Positions 11,133 to 22,092 of a stretch of DNA of 64,000 nucleotides are shown one piece after another. The notes beneath the pieces were generated by a model, which did not search any database, was not told where the DNA came from, and was given only the letters and a program-made list of their open reading frames with translations. How positions within the stretch are numbered: the stretch's first letter is position 1; the number at the start of each line of letters is the position of its first letter. A program made the translations under genes and the position numbers. The DNA comes from an uncultured Prevotella sp. (lineage in GTDB: Bacteria; Bacteroidota; Bacteroidia; Bacteroidales; Bacteroidaceae): positions 31,768 through 95,767 of the forward strand of contig CADCEF010000004.1 of assembly GCA_902800365.1 (NCBI GenBank), given 5' to 3'.

Positions 11133-13064
11133 TTATAACGTATCACATTCTTTAAGCCAAAGGGCGGATGATGCGTCACTTGGCATACGCCAATCGCCTC
11201 GTGGCGAGAGACTTACACTTCCCACCTTAGGACCATCAGGCAAGCACGAACGCTTGAACTGCTGATTGAAGAATCGGCGGCAGAATGTGGTGAGCCATTT
11301 CTTGATGGTCTCCTCGTCGTAGAGTGCATCCTTACCATCGCTTGGTGTGCAGAAGGCACGCTTGGCAAGGAGGAATATCTTCTTAGGACTGAAGCCATAA
11401 CGCAGGAAATAGTAGATGAAGAAATCGTGCAGCTCGTATGGGCCCACAAGGTCTTCGGTCTTCTGCTTTATGTTGCCTTGTTCGTCGGCAGGAATAAGCT
11501 CTGGCGAAATAGGTGTGTCAACAATATCGAGCAGAGTCTCAGTTGCCATCTCGCCAGCCACATAGCTTACTAAGTAGCGGATGAGAGTCTTGGGCACTCC
11601 AGCGTTTACACCATACATCGACATGTGGTCGCCATTATATGTGGCCCATCCGAGGGCAAGCTCCGAGAGGTCGCCTGTACCCACAACGATGGCGTTCTCC
11701 TTGTTGGCTACATCCATCAGGATCTGTGTGCGCTCGCGAGCCTGAGAGTTCTCGTAGGTGATATCGTGGATGGCAGCATCGTGATTGATATCAGCGAAGT
11801 GCTGTGTTACAGCTGCTGCGATGCTAATCTCGCGGATGGTAACACCAAGTGTCTCCATCAGCTTCAGAGCGTTGTTATAGGTGCGATCGGTGGTTCCGAA
11901 TCCTGGCATTGTGATGCCCACGATGCCCTTGCGGTCGAGACCGAGCTTGTCGAACGCCTTAACGGCAACAAGCAGAGCGAGTGTAGAATCCAGTCCGCCG
12001 CTGATGCCGATAACAGCCTTCTTACCATTGATATGATACAGGCGCTTTACCAATCCCATAACCTGTATGTTGAGAATCTCCTCGCACGATGCCTGCATAT
12101 TCTCGCTCTTAGGAATGAAGGGATAAGGATCGATGTTGCGAGTGAGTTTGAACTCTCGCTGGGCTGTCTGCTTGCAGACTATCTCGTTGGCATGTGCGCC
12201 ACGCTGTGCATTGATGAATGTGGTGTTGGTGCGGCGCTCAACATGCAGTGCCTCGATGTCAATCTGGCACATCTTGAGTTGTGGCTGCAGAGAGAAGCGA
12301 TCGCCCTCTTCAAGCAGACGTCCGTTCTCGAAGATGATGGCATTTCCGCCATATACAACATCCTGAGTAGACTCTCCGAAACCGCAGCTTGAATATACAT
12401 ATCCGCTAATCATGCGGGCACTCTGCTGAGCAAGAAGCGACTTGAGGTAGGCATGCTTGCCGATAAGCTCATCGCTGGCAGAGAGATTGAAGATGATATC
12501 GGCTCCAGCAAGTGCAAGATTGTTACTTGGCGGTGTTGGTGCCCATACATCCTCGCAGATTTCAACGCCGAACTTAACGCCATCGCGGGTTACAAATACC
12601 TGTGGCTCGGCTGACACCTTAACAGGGCTGCCTGCGAAATAGATTTCGGTTGGGTTCAGGTCCTGCGACGAAGCAAACCAGCGCTTCTCGTAGAACTCGC
12701 CGTAGTTGGGTAAATATACCTTAGGCACAATGCCCAACAGTGTTCCGCTCTGCAGAACGGCAGCGCAGTTATACAGCAGGCCGTTTACCACAACGGGCAG
12801 ACCAACTATAACGATGGTGTTGAGCTTGCGGGTGAAATCGAGCAGCTGTACTACACCCTCCTCAGCATGGTCGAGAAGAAGCTGCTCCTTGAACAGATCC
12901 TGACAAGAATAGCCTGTGATGCAGAGCTCGGGGAACACGATAATCTCAACTCCACGATCCTCGGCCTGAGCTATCAGACTCTCTATCTGCTGAACATTAT
13001 ATTCTACATCGGCCACCTTAACCGTGGGAACAGCTGCTGCAACGTTTACAAATCCGTATTTCAT
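11133..13064 (-). CDS. nadE: Glutamine-dependent NAD+ synthetase
   Basis: N-terminal nitrilase domain (FPEL, EICED), [15 protein letters not shown]. Confidence 0.96.
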   Translation of the reverse strand: MKYGFVNVAAAVPTVKVADVEYNVQQIESLIAQAEDRGVEIIVFPELCITGYSCQDLFKEQLLLDHAEEGVVQLLDFTRKLNTIVIVGLPVVVNGLLYNCAAVLQSGTLLGIVPKVYLPNYGEFYEKRWFASSQDLNPTEIYFAGSPVKVSAEPQVFVTRDGVKFGVEICEDVWAPTPPSNNLALAGADIIFNLSASDELIGKHAYLKSLLAQQSARMISGYVYSSCGFGESTQDVVYGGNAIIFENGRLLEEGDRFSLQPQLKMCQIDIEALHVERRTNTTFINAQRGAHANEIVCKQTAQREFKLTRNIDPYPFIPKSENMQASCEEILNIQVMGLVKRLYHINGKKAVIGISGGLDSTLALLVAVKAFDKLGLDRKGIVGITMPGFGTTDRTYNNALKLMETLGVTIREISIAAAVTQHFADINHDAAIHDITYENSQARERTQILMDVANKENAIVVGTGDLSELALGWATYNGDHMSMYGVNAGVPKTLIRYLVSYVAGEMATETLLDIVDTPISPELIPADEQGNIKQKTEDLVGPYELHDFFIYYFLRYGFSPKKIFLLAKRAFCTPSDGKDALYDEETIKKWLTTFCRRFFNQQFKRSCLPDGPKVGSVSLSPRGDWRMPSDASSALWLKECDTL

Positions 13065-13759
13065 AGCTTTACTTTTTGAACGTCGTTTTCAATAAGTGTG
13101 TAGATAAGTGCGGGCTGCTCGAAGAAGTCGTTCTCGCGGAAGGCGTGCAGCTTGTAGAACTTAACGGTATCAACACGCACCTGGGCATTTACAGGAGTCT
13201 TGAGCAGATAATGCTTGTCGCGCTTATATGCAATAAGCTGGATGCAGCAGTGTTCAAGATCGTTCAAGTCCTCACGACCGAACTCCTCGATAAACTCCTT
13301 GCAGTTAGGCTCAATCTCGCCCTCGGCACGTAGCTTCCATGCGCTGCCCTCGGCTGTCATATATACATAGCGCAGATAGTAGTTCGAATCGTTTACCAGA
13401 TAGGTCTCGAAACGGCTCTGCGACAGTTCCTTAATCTCCATTGGCACAAAAGCTAGAAAAGCACTAAGCTTGTCGCCACCTTTACGCTCTTCGGGTTTAG
13501 CTTTAAAAGTAATCGGACGATCGGCGGGTTCAATCTCTGGTTCTTCTTCATCTTCAGCAGCCTGACGTGCCTGGTTCTTAATCTCAACCATACGGGTTGT
13601 CTCGTAGCTCTCCTCGCCTACTACCACAACCTCGTTAATCATCATCGGCATCTGGAATCCGTCTTCGTCTTCAACCAGTACGATGTTCTTTCCCTGAAAG
13701 CCGGCAACCTTTCCGCCGCCTACTTCGCTCAGGAATCTTACTTTATCTCCAATTTTCAT
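13061..13759 (-). CDS. DUF2027-domain protein, apparently lacking the C-terminal Smr domain
   Basis: MKIGDKVRFLSEVGGGKV N-terminus; 232 aa; ATGA overlap with nadE. Confidence 0.75.
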   Translation of the reverse strand: MKIGDKVRFLSEVGGGKVAGFQGKNIVLVEDEDGFQMPMMINEVVVVGEESYETTRMVEIKNQARQAAEDEEEPEIEPADRPITFKAKPEERKGGDKLSAFLAFVPMEIKELSQSRFETYLVNDSNYYLRYVYMTAEGSAWKLRAEGEIEPNCKEFIEEFGREDLNDLEHCCIQLIAYKRDKHYLLKTPVNAQVRVDTVKFYKLHAFRENDFFEQPALIYTLIENDVQKVKL

Positions 13760-14355
13760 AATCCAAATAAATTCTTCAATCCTCCGTCAACACCCGAGAA
13801 GCCCATGAACGCTAAGCTCAGCAGTCCTGCCGAGAGCATTACGATGGCCATTCCCTGCATGCCCTTTGGAATCTTAACAAGTTCGAGCTGCTCGCGCATG
13901 CCAGCAAACACGGTGAGTGCCAAGCCGAAGCCGATGGCGGTAGAGAAGGCGTAAACCACACTCTGCAGAAGGTTATAGTCTTTCTGGATTACCAGAATGG
14001 CTACACCCAGCACAGCACAGTTAGTAGTGATGAGCGGCAGGAAGATGCCTAACGCCTGATAGAGCGCAGGCGATACCTTCTTGAGCACAATCTCTACAAG
14101 CTGTACCAGCGAGGCTATAACCAGAATGAAGGCGATAGTCTGCAGATACTGCAAGCCGAATGCGTCGAGCACATATTTCTGTACCAGCCAGGTAACGATG
14201 GTGGCAAGTGTAAGCACAAAGGCTACAGCAGCCGACATACCCAGCGAGGTGTCAATCTTCTTTGATACGCCAAGGAAAGGACATATTCCCAAGAACTGTG
14301 ACAACACGATGTTGTTCACAAAAATGGCGCTGATGAAAATAAGTATATATTCCAT
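13756..14355 (-). CDS. rnfA: Rnf complex subunit A
   Basis: NNIVLSQFLGICPFLGVS, LPLITTNCAVLG. Confidence 0.96.
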   Translation of the reverse strand: MEYILIFISAIFVNNIVLSQFLGICPFLGVSKKIDTSLGMSAAVAFVLTLATIVTWLVQKYVLDAFGLQYLQTIAFILVIASLVQLVEIVLKKVSPALYQALGIFLPLITTNCAVLGVAILVIQKDYNLLQSVVYAFSTAIGFGLALTVFAGMREQLELVKIPKGMQGMAIVMLSAGLLSLAFMGFSGVDGGLKNLFGL

Positions 14356-14361
14356 AAATGA

Positions 14362-14420
14362 TTAAACGTTAAACATTAAAGATTAAAGATTAAACATTAA
14401 ACATTAAACATTAAAGATTA
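14362..14420. repeat. Heptamer tandem repeat TTAAA(C/G)A x8
   Basis: Fills the rnfE-rnfA intergenic gap and runs into the rnfE stop codon. Confidence 0.9.
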
Positions 14421-15002
14421 TGCATTGCGCAGCTTGTTAACAATCGCAACGAGGAATCCAAGGGTGATGAATGCTCCTGGAGGGAGGACAAACAACAGAA
14501 TGTTGAATGTCTCGGGCAGCAGGGTTAATCCGAAGATTGAACCTGAGCCAAGCAGCTCGCGGCACATACCAAGAAGGGTTAGACCCAAGGTAAATCCGAG
14601 TCCGATACCTATTCCATCAAACAGAGAGGCTATGGGTGAGTTCTTTGCAGCAAAAGCTTCGGCTCTACCCAAGATAATACAGTTTACTACAATCAGCGGA
14701 ATGAACAATCCCAGCGATGCATCAACATCAGGCAGATAAGCCTTGATTACCATCTGGAGGATTGTTACAAAGGCTGCAATAACCACAATGAATACTGGGA
14801 TGCGAACCTTATCGGGAGTTACCGACTTCAAGCAGCTGATAACGAAATTGGTGCAGATAAGTACCGCCATTGTGGCAAGTCCCATCGACATACCATTCAT
14901 AGCGGATGTGGTTGTGGCCAGAGTTGGACACATACCAAGCATCAGGACGAACGTTGGGTTCTCCTTTACAATGCCATTTTTTATAATCTGTATCGCGTTC
15001 AT
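14418..15002 (-). CDS. rnfE: Rnf complex subunit E
   Basis: ENPTFVLMLGMCPTLA, IPLIVVNCIILGRAE. Confidence 0.96.
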   Translation of the reverse strand: MNAIQIIKNGIVKENPTFVLMLGMCPTLATTTSAMNGMSMGLATMAVLICTNFVISCLKSVTPDKVRIPVFIVVIAAFVTILQMVIKAYLPDVDASLGLFIPLIVVNCIILGRAEAFAAKNSPIASLFDGIGIGLGFTLGLTLLGMCRELLGSGSIFGLTLLPETFNILLFVLPPGAFITLGFLVAIVNKLRNA

Positions 15003-15023
15003 ATATCTCTTAATTCTTAAATC

Positions 15024-15647
15024 TTAATTCTTAACTTGAGTAGAAGCTCCTGAGTGAGCATCGGCACTTCCGCCCATGTAAGCGTTATAAGCATTGTTTA
15101 CAGCAAGCAGGAATGCGCGACTTGTAATGGTAGAAGCTGTGATAGCGTCAACCTGTCCGCCATCCTTCGAAACAGTGAGAGGTTCGGCTGGCGACTTGCC
15201 AATGATGTTGCCCTTGCCGTCCTTCTGGAACCACTTGTCGGCCTTAGCTCCAAGTCCTGGAGTCTCAGCGTGCTCAAGCAGCGTGTAACCTAAGATTGTG
15301 CCCTCGGGGTCGAAACCTACCAGCACCTTAAGGTCGCCACCAAAACCGCCTGTTGTGCTCTCAACGGCAACACCCAGCTTGTTTCCTTTGGCATCTTTTG
15401 TCTGATAGATAATGTATATTGCTTCCTTGCCCTTGGCATCGTGCTGACGAACGGTATCGGTGGCCGAAACACTAAGGTTGTCGCATACCATAACCTTCTT
15501 GATTCCATCAGCCAGTGCCTTTGCTTTCTGGTCGGCAATCGGACCCTCGGTAAGGTGGTTTACAAAAGCAAGTACACCACCCATGATTACTGCTACCGAT
15601 GTAAGTACCAGCACCATATTTAGTAATGATGATTCTAACTTCTTCAT
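15024..15647 (-). CDS. rnfG: Rnf complex subunit G
   Basis: ETPGLG, FMN-binding DAITASTITS. Confidence 0.95.
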   Translation of the reverse strand: MKKLESSLLNMVLVLTSVAVIMGGVLAFVNHLTEGPIADQKAKALADGIKKVMVCDNLSVSATDTVRQHDAKGKEAIYIIYQTKDAKGNKLGVAVESTTGGFGGDLKVLVGFDPEGTILGYTLLEHAETPGLGAKADKWFQKDGKGNIIGKSPAEPLTVSKDGGQVDAITASTITSRAFLLAVNNAYNAYMGGSADAHSGASTQVKN

Positions 15648-16636
15648 TTTGCTACCTCCCCGAATCTCTTTGGTTTTACATAATTATTAATGAGCGGAGT
15701 GAACGCATTCATGATAAGAATTGCGAACGAAACGCCCTCAGGATAAGCACCCCAGTTACGGATGATAACTGTGAGAACTCCGATGGCTATACCATAAATA
15801 ATCTGACCCTTCGGAGTCATAGGACTGGTAACGTAATCGGTAGCCATAAAGATGGCACCAAGCATCAGTCCACCTGTGAACAGCGCTGAGATAGGATCAG
15901 GATAAACAGAATCTGACAGATGCAGCAAACCTGCGAACACGAACACTGTGCCCAGAATAGATGCTGGGATGTGCCATGTGATGATGCGGTTGTAGAGCAT
16001 GAATGCCAGACCAAACAGCAGTGCTAATCCGCTAATCTCGCCCATAGCTCCTGCACCACCATTGGTTGAACCAAGGAACAGCTCAATTGATGATGGCAGC
16101 TCGTCGAGCAGCGATACGTCACCTTGACGGATGGCTGAGTTGATGATAGAAAGCGGTGTGGCTCCTGTCTCAGCATCGAGATATGCTCCCCACTGTCCTA
16201 TCTTTGGCCATGAGGTCATCTGTGCAGGGAAGGCTACCAACAGTGCAGCACGACCCACCAGAGCAGGATTAAAGATGTTATTACCCAAACCTCCGAATGT
16301 CATCTTTGCTACACCGATGGCAAACAGCGCACCAATAAGCACTATCCATACAGGAAGGTTTGAAGGCAGATTGAACGCCAACAGCAGACCAGTAATGATG
16401 GCCGATCCGTCGTGCAGCGTGTTCTCTTTCTTCTTCAGAATATATTTGTTGATAGCCCACTCAAAAAGGCAGCAGGCACCTACACTGGTTGTGGTTACAA
16501 CAAGCGAACCCAAGCCAAAGAAGTAGAACGAAGCGAGCAGAGCAGGCATCAAGGCGATGATGACACCATACATATTGCGCTCTACCGAATCGCGGCTATG
16601 GGCGTGTGGCGATAATGAAACTATTAACTTTGACAT
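15644..16636 (-). CDS. rnfD: Rnf complex subunit D
   Basis: GGLGNNIFNPA, FMATDYVTSP, ETGATPL. Confidence 0.96.
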   Translation of the reverse strand: MSKLIVSLSPHAHSRDSVERNMYGVIIALMPALLASFYFFGLGSLVVTTTSVGACCLFEWAINKYILKKKENTLHDGSAIITGLLLAFNLPSNLPVWIVLIGALFAIGVAKMTFGGLGNNIFNPALVGRAALLVAFPAQMTSWPKIGQWGAYLDAETGATPLSIINSAIRQGDVSLLDELPSSIELFLGSTNGGAGAMGEISGLALLFGLAFMLYNRIITWHIPASILGTVFVFAGLLHLSDSVYPDPISALFTGGLMLGAIFMATDYVTSPMTPKGQIIYGIAIGVLTVIIRNWGAYPEGVSFAILIMNAFTPLINNYVKPKRFGEVAK

Positions 16637-16666
16637 TAAACGTTAAACATTAAAGATTAAACATTA
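16636..16666. repeat. Heptamer tandem repeat x4
   Basis: TTAAACG TTAAACA TTAAAGA TTAAACA TTA between rnfC stop and rnfD start. Confidence 0.85.
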
Positions 16667-18031
16667 TTTTTTTGCAGAGCGGGCGCGAATGATGCCCATT
16701 ACTGTGGCTTTGCCCTGACGGATATTATCGAGCAGCGGACGATGAGCAGGACAAGTGTAATGGCACGAACCGCACTCAATACAACTTGTGATATCCTCGC
16801 TCTCAGCACGCTCCCAGTTCTTTACCTCCGAGAGTTTTGCCAGCAGATATGGCTCCAAGCCCATTGGACAAACACCAACGCACTTGGCGCAGCGGATGCA
16901 AGGCTGTGGTTCCTTACGGCGTGCTTCTTCGTCGCTGATGATGGTAACAGAGTTGGTTCCCTTACAGATGGGCACCTCGTCAGATGTGAGTGCCTTACCC
17001 ATCATTGGTCCACCTGCCAGCAACTTATTGTCGCCCTCAGGCATACCGCCACAGAAGTCGATAAGGTCCTTCATCGGGGTACCCATTCTCACCTGGAAGT
17101 TACCTGGGTTGGCAAGCTTCTTACCTGTAACTGTGGTGTAGCGCTCAAACAATGGCTTATTCTTCATCACAGCCTCGTAAACGGCAAAGGCTGTACCCAC
17201 GTTCTGCACAATAGCGCCAACGTTCACTGGGATAGCTGGTGGAGCAGGAACCTGACGCTGGATAACAGCATCTACAAGCTGCTTCTCACCTCCCTGAGGA
17301 TAGCGCTGCTTCAGTGGAACAACCTCAACCTGATATTTTGTGCCGTTGAATTTCTTGGCGCACTTCTCTGTGAGCAGTTCGATGGCAGCAGGTTTGTTGG
17401 TCTCGATACCAATATAACCCTTAGTCACCTTTGCACCAATCATCAGCAGCTCTAATCCAACGAGAATCTCGTCAGAACGCTCCATCATCAGTCGATAGTC
17501 GGCTGTGATATAAGGCTCACACTCTACGGCGTTTATGATTACACACTCAGCCTTAGCTGTTGGCGGAGGTGTTAGCTTGATGAATGTTGGGAAACAAGCA
17601 CCTCCCATACCTACTACACCAGCGTTCTTTATGCGATTCACAATCTCCTCGGGAGTAAGCTCAGGATGAGTCTCAACCAGCTCCAGCTTATTGCTGCGGT
17701 CGATAGTCTCTTCCCACTCATCGCCCTCAACGTTGATGATGATTGCGGGTTTGCGATAGCCTGTAGCATCGATGGTGGTATCAACCTTGAATACGGTTCC
17801 GCTTACCGATGAGAAAATAGGAGCCGAAACAAATCCGCCAGCCTCGGCTATCAGTGTGCCCACTTTTACCTTGTCACCCTTCTGGACAACAGGCTTTGCT
17901 GGGGCTCCGATATGCTGACTCAATGGGAAGATGGCCTGCTTTGGCAACTCGGCCACAACAGTAGGCACCTCGTGGGTCAGCTTGTTTTCTTTTGGGTGAA
18001 TACCACCCATGCTAAATGTCTTTATCTTCAT
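16664..18031 (-). CDS. rnfC: Rnf complex subunit C
   Basis: GVVGMGGACFPT, NAVECEPY, YPQGGE, two 4Fe-4S motifs. Confidence 0.96.
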   Translation of the reverse strand: MKIKTFSMGGIHPKENKLTHEVPTVVAELPKQAIFPLSQHIGAPAKPVVQKGDKVKVGTLIAEAGGFVSAPIFSSVSGTVFKVDTTIDATGYRKPAIIINVEGDEWEETIDRSNKLELVETHPELTPEEIVNRIKNAGVVGMGGACFPTFIKLTPPPTAKAECVIINAVECEPYITADYRLMMERSDEILVGLELLMIGAKVTKGYIGIETNKPAAIELLTEKCAKKFNGTKYQVEVVPLKQRYPQGGEKQLVDAVIQRQVPAPPAIPVNVGAIVQNVGTAFAVYEAVMKNKPLFERYTTVTGKKLANPGNFQVRMGTPMKDLIDFCGGMPEGDNKLLAGGPMMGKALTSDEVPICKGTNSVTIISDEEARRKEPQPCIRCAKCVGVCPMGLEPYLLAKLSEVKNWERAESEDITSCIECGSCHYTCPAHRPLLDNIRQGKATVMGIIRARSAKK

Positions 18032-18879
18032 GCTGTTGCCTCCTCTTTTTTAGGTTGTGGGAAATTAACCGCTACAATAGCCTTCTTGGGGCAAACGGCT
18101 ACGCACTTGCGACACAAACGGCACTTCTGATGGTCGATGTAAGCCAGATTGTTCTCAACGGTAATAGCACCAAACGGACACTCCTTCTCGCACTTTCCGC
18201 ATCCGATACAGCTCACTGCGCAAGCCTTCATAGCAGCAGGACCCTTATCCTTATTTACGCACGATACAAATACTCTACGGTTCTTCGGCCCCTTCTTTCT
18301 GAGCTCGATGATGCCGCGTGGACAAGCCTTTACGCAGGCTCCGCACGATGTACACTTATCGTCGTCTACATCAGGGATACCTGTCTCAGGATTGATGCTG
18401 ATAGCACCAAACTGGCATGCTGCAACACAGTCGCCACAGCCCAGACAGCCGTAGCCGCAAAGCGTCTCACCAGCACCACAAGCGTGCATGGCAGCACAAC
18501 TGCGCAAACCAGAATACTCTGCTATCTTAGCACGATTCTCGCATGTACCGTTACATCTCACTACTGCCACCATTGGCTCGGTATTGGCAATAGCCATACC
18601 CAACAAGTCGGCCACCTTACCCATAGTCTCAGCTCCGCCCACAGGACACATCAGTCCGTCAAGGCTTCCAGCATCGGCACCCTTCACAAGTGCGTCGGCC
18701 ATACCGCTACAACCAGGATATCCGCATCCACCGCAGTTGGCTCCAGGCAGCAGTTCGCCCACCTGAGCAATACGTGGATCCTCATAGACAGCAAACTTCT
18801 TGGAGGCTGCAAACAGCACAATGGCAGCTATCAGTCCGATGGCTCCAAGCACGATTACTGCAATCAAGATATAATCCAT
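18028..18879 (-). CDS. rnfB: Rnf complex subunit B
   Basis: LPGANCGGCGYPGC and multiple CxxCxxCxxxC motifs. Confidence 0.95.
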   Translation of the reverse strand: MDYILIAVIVLGAIGLIAAIVLFAASKKFAVYEDPRIAQVGELLPGANCGGCGYPGCSGMADALVKGADAGSLDGLMCPVGGAETMGKVADLLGMAIANTEPMVAVVRCNGTCENRAKIAEYSGLRSCAAMHACGAGETLCGYGCLGCGDCVAACQFGAISINPETGIPDVDDDKCTSCGACVKACPRGIIELRKKGPKNRRVFVSCVNKDKGPAAMKACAVSCIGCGKCEKECPFGAITVENNLAYIDHQKCRLCRKCVAVCPKKAIVAVNFPQPKKEEATA

Positions 18880-18913
18880 AATTACCTGTATTTGTTTTAG
18901 TTACTACTTTTTA

Positions 18914-19327
18914 TTAATCTTCTAAATTAAACGATATCCGCTGCTGTATTCTGTCGCGCATCAGCCACAGCGCCACGTAATATGGCACCAGCGAGGCAAT
19001 GGCGGCAAGTGCCGAAACGCCTTCGCTGTCTGTAAGCTTCAAGGCTATCATCAGCACACATACCAACAACAGAAACGGAACTCCGAAGCCCAACAGCAAT
19101 GCCTGATTGGCAACATCCTTAGATGCCCAAACCACTACCTGCTGCCCTACCTCAAATCCCTTGGTATCATTGCATAATACATCTACTATCTTCACTTTCG
19201 ATTCGGCGGCGTTGCATTGACTTGCCACTTTGCATGCTGCGCAAGCCGACGTCTGGACAATCTGCACCTTGATGCAGCCATCATTAATACTTTGTATTAC
19301 TCCCGAATGTGATATCTTATTACTCAT
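18914..19327 (-). CDS. rseC: RseC family protein
   Basis: SACAACKVASQC, two C-terminal TM helices, first gene of rnf operon. Confidence 0.85.
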   Translation of the reverse strand: MSNKISHSGVIQSINDGCIKVQIVQTSACAACKVASQCNAAESKVKIVDVLCNDTKGFEVGQQVVVWASKDVANQALLLGFGVPFLLLVCVLMIALKLTDSEGVSALAAIASLVPYYVALWLMRDRIQQRISFNLED

Positions 19328-19479
19328 TAACTTGCTTAGTAGACATTACACACTGCAAAGATAAGAAAAACTCACTAATAAAACAAGCGAAAAGCGGTTT
19401 TTTCGCAAAAATAATCATAATAGTTTGCTATTACAAAAGTTTTTTTATACTTTTGTCGCGGATTAATAATAATTAGAAG

Positions 19480-19923
19480 ATGAATACAACCGAACTGACA
19501 TTCCAGCAAATCGAGCGCGCTATCCGCAAGATAGCCGACAAATTTCCTCCATCTGAGGAAGCTAACGTTATGACCGATATCCACTTCCGCGTGACTCAGG
19601 AGACGGGCGAACTGATGGCTTTCGACGATAACGACGAGGAGATTAACCGTTGCATCATCGAAGACTGGATCGACAATACGGACGATAACTTCTTCGACGA
19701 AATCCCAAGCATTTTCCGCAAGTGTCTCGACAAGATGAAGGGCACTGTAGAAAGCATGTCAATCCTCAAGCCATTCTCGTTTGTTCTTGAGAATGACGAG
19801 AAGGAGTCAATAGCCGAGCTCTATCTCGTGGATGACGAGACAGTAATCATCGACCCTGATCTGATGCAGGGTCTGAACGAGGACCTCGACGACTTCTTCA
19901 AGAAGCTCTTCGACGAGGATTAA
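19480..19923 (+). CDS. Hypothetical acidic protein
   Basis: 147 aa ORF with host-like codon use, divergent from rnf operon. Confidence 0.75.
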   Translation: MNTTELTFQQIERAIRKIADKFPPSEEANVMTDIHFRVTQETGELMAFDDNDEEINRCIIEDWIDNTDDNFFDEIPSIFRKCLDKMKGTVESMSILKPFSFVLENDEKESIAELYLVDDETVIIDPDLMQGLNEDLDDFFKKLFDED

Positions 19924-20588
19924 TCATCAAGTTCTTCACTTTTCTGTAGAAGGAAGTTTCGCGACGCGTCAAGCGTGTAAACCTCCTCAGTACGTGTTTT
20001 GTGCTTCTCTCTCGAGTAGTCCATCAGGTGAATCTCGTAGTCGCTGGTGATGGTAAAGTACTGCATGATGTCGTCTTCATCATACAGGTCAAAATCCTCT
20101 TCATCATCAATGGCATAAAGACAAATCTTGTCAACAGGCAGATAATCATCGTCGAGTGAATATAGCCAGAGCGAATAGCGCTCAGCCCCTTCGTTGCCCT
20201 CTTCATCCTCTTCTGCCCCTTCGTCAGCAGCTAAGAGCATCAGGCGTGCGCCAATAGTTTCAGTAAGTTGTATGGCCTTCTGCTTGCCATTGCCTTCAAG
20301 CTCCAGAGCCTTAGCAATATCCTGAGGCACGGGCTTGAAGTTAGGCAGATATCTCACGAATTCATCGGTATAGGTAATAGGAAGTGGCAACAGCTCCAGA
20401 CTGTCGTAGAACTGCTTCAGCGGATTGTCGGCGCTCTCAAGGTTTATGCCCTGAGCCGCCAGTCGCTCTGCAACTTCTATCTTCTGGATACTGTCCAGCT
20501 TGCGCTGCATCTCCTCTGCGCTCATGCTCCTGCCGCCACAAGCGGCTAGCAGCAACATAGCAAATATTCCTCCAATCAACCCTTTCAT
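19920..20588 (-). CDS. Hypothetical lipoprotein
   Basis: MKGLIGGIFAMLLLAAC lipobox. Confidence 0.75.
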   Translation of the reverse strand: MKGLIGGIFAMLLLAACGGRSMSAEEMQRKLDSIQKIEVAERLAAQGINLESADNPLKQFYDSLELLPLPITYTDEFVRYLPNFKPVPQDIAKALELEGNGKQKAIQLTETIGARLMLLAADEGAEEDEEGNEGAERYSLWLYSLDDDYLPVDKICLYAIDDEEDFDLYDEDDIMQYFTITSDYEIHLMDYSREKHKTRTEEVYTLDASRNFLLQKSEELDD

Positions 20589-20607
20589 TGTTTTATCTCC
20601 TACGGAT

Positions 20608-22092
20608 TTACAACTTAACCGACTTCTTTGCTGGTTTGCTTTCATTCTGGATGCGGTTCAGAGCAGTTACCACATACGTGAACTTCTCTTTTCCATCCTC
20701 ATAAGGCAGCTTGTAGAAGAACTGGTCTGTTATTGCCACAATCTTCGATGCATCATCAGTGTTCACCTTCTCACCCTTGGCAAAGCGGTAAATCACATAT
20801 TTAACTGACTGTGTGTCCCACTTCTTTCCGTTTGATGGTGTCCAGAACAGCATGTATCCGTCTTCTGTCCAAACAGGAGCCAGCTTCTTCACCTTCTTTG
20901 GAGCCTTGTTGCTGATAAAGCTCATATCAGGCTGCAGCGAAGGATTCTTCCAATAAACCTCACGCAGCGATGTGCCGTAATTACCCACATTGTCAACTGC
21001 TGCTTTGGCATACCACAATACAGTTCCCTTTACAGCAGGATAAGCCTTGTGCAACTTCATCTTTGCAGCCAGCTGATGGCTGTTGGCATTCTGTGGGTCG
21101 GCATATTTCACTGTGCGCTCCACATCCTCACCAATCACCAGCGGACGCTCTGCAGCATGCTGACTCCACCACTTTATCAGTGTGGCGTAATCGGCTGCCT
21201 TATTACCAATCTCCCAGTACAACTGAGGCACGCAGTAATCAAGCCATCCGTTGTTCACCCACAGCAGAATGTCGGCATACAGATCGTCGTAGTTCTGAGT
21301 GCCGTTGGTGTCGCTACCAGCAGGCGAGCTCTTCTTGTTACGATAGATTCCGAATGGCGAGATACCCACCTTTACCCAGGGCTTCACAGAGTGAATCTCC
21401 TTGTAGAACTGCTCGATAAACAAGTTAACGTTATATCGGCGCCAGTCGTTCTGGTCCTTGATACCGTTAGAGTGATCGTGGAACAGCTCATCGTCAGGAA
21501 TCGTCTGACCCTTAACGGGATAAGGGTAGAAATAGTCGTCCATATGTATTCCGTCTACATCATAGCGGCTCACGATGTCCTTTGCCACCTCGCAGATATA
21601 GTCGCGGTTCTCCTCTATTCCAGGATTCAGAATAAACAGTTCGTCGTAAGCGAAACAGTTTGATGGCTTGCGTATTGCCACATGACTCTTTGCCAGCGCC
21701 TTTGTTCCCTTGGTCTTAGCGCGGAAGGGATTAATCCATGCGTGCAGCTCCATACCACGCTTGTGGCACTCCTCAATCATCCACTGCAGAGGGTCCCAGT
21801 ATGGGTTTGGTGCCTTACCCTGCACACCTGTAAGGAATCGGCTCCAAGGCTCAATCTTACTCTCGTAAAGAGCGTCGCACTCAGGGCGCACCTGGAACAT
21901 AATCACGTTCACACCGTCCTTCTGCAACTCGTTGAGCTGGTAGGTAAGCGTTTCCTGCATCTTCTTTGTTCCAAGGTTCTGGAACTGTCCGTTCACGCAT
22001 TGTATCCATGCTCCGCGCATCTCTCGCTTCTGAGCATTTACAGTCATCGCCATCATAGCAGCGATGGCCATCAAAATCAGTTTATTCTTCAT
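20608..22092 (-). CDS. Glycosyl hydrolase-like 10 (DUF187/YddW-like) protein
   Basis: [32 protein letters not shown]. Confidence 0.88.
   Translation of the reverse strand: MKNKLILMAIAAMMAMTVNAQKREMRGAWIQCVNGQFQNLGTKKMQETLTYQLNELQKDGVNVIMFQVRPECDALYESKIEPWSRFLTGVQGKAPNPYWDPLQWMIEECHKRGMELHAWINPFRAKTKGTKALAKSHVAIRKPSNCFAYDELFILNPGIEENRDYICEVAKDIVSRYDVDGIHMDDYFYPYPVKGQTIPDDELFHDHSNGIKDQNDWRRYNVNLFIEQFYKEIHSVKPWVKVGISPFGIYRNKKSSPAGSDTNGTQNYDDLYADILLWVNNGWLDYCVPQLYWEIGNKAADYATLIKWWSQHAAERPLVIGEDVERTVKYADPQNANSHQLAAKMKLHKAYPAVKGTVLWYAKAAVDNVGNYGTSLREVYWKNPSLQPDMSFISNKAPKKVKKLAPVWTEDGYMLFWTPSNGKKWDTQSVKYVIYRFAKGEKVNTDDASKIVAITDQFFYKLPYEDGKEKFTYVVTALNRIQNESKPAKKSVKL

Noticed and set aside
13756-19327. 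rnf operon as a novel system
   Set aside because: Standard rseC-rnfBCDGEA arrangement, well known in Bacteroidales.
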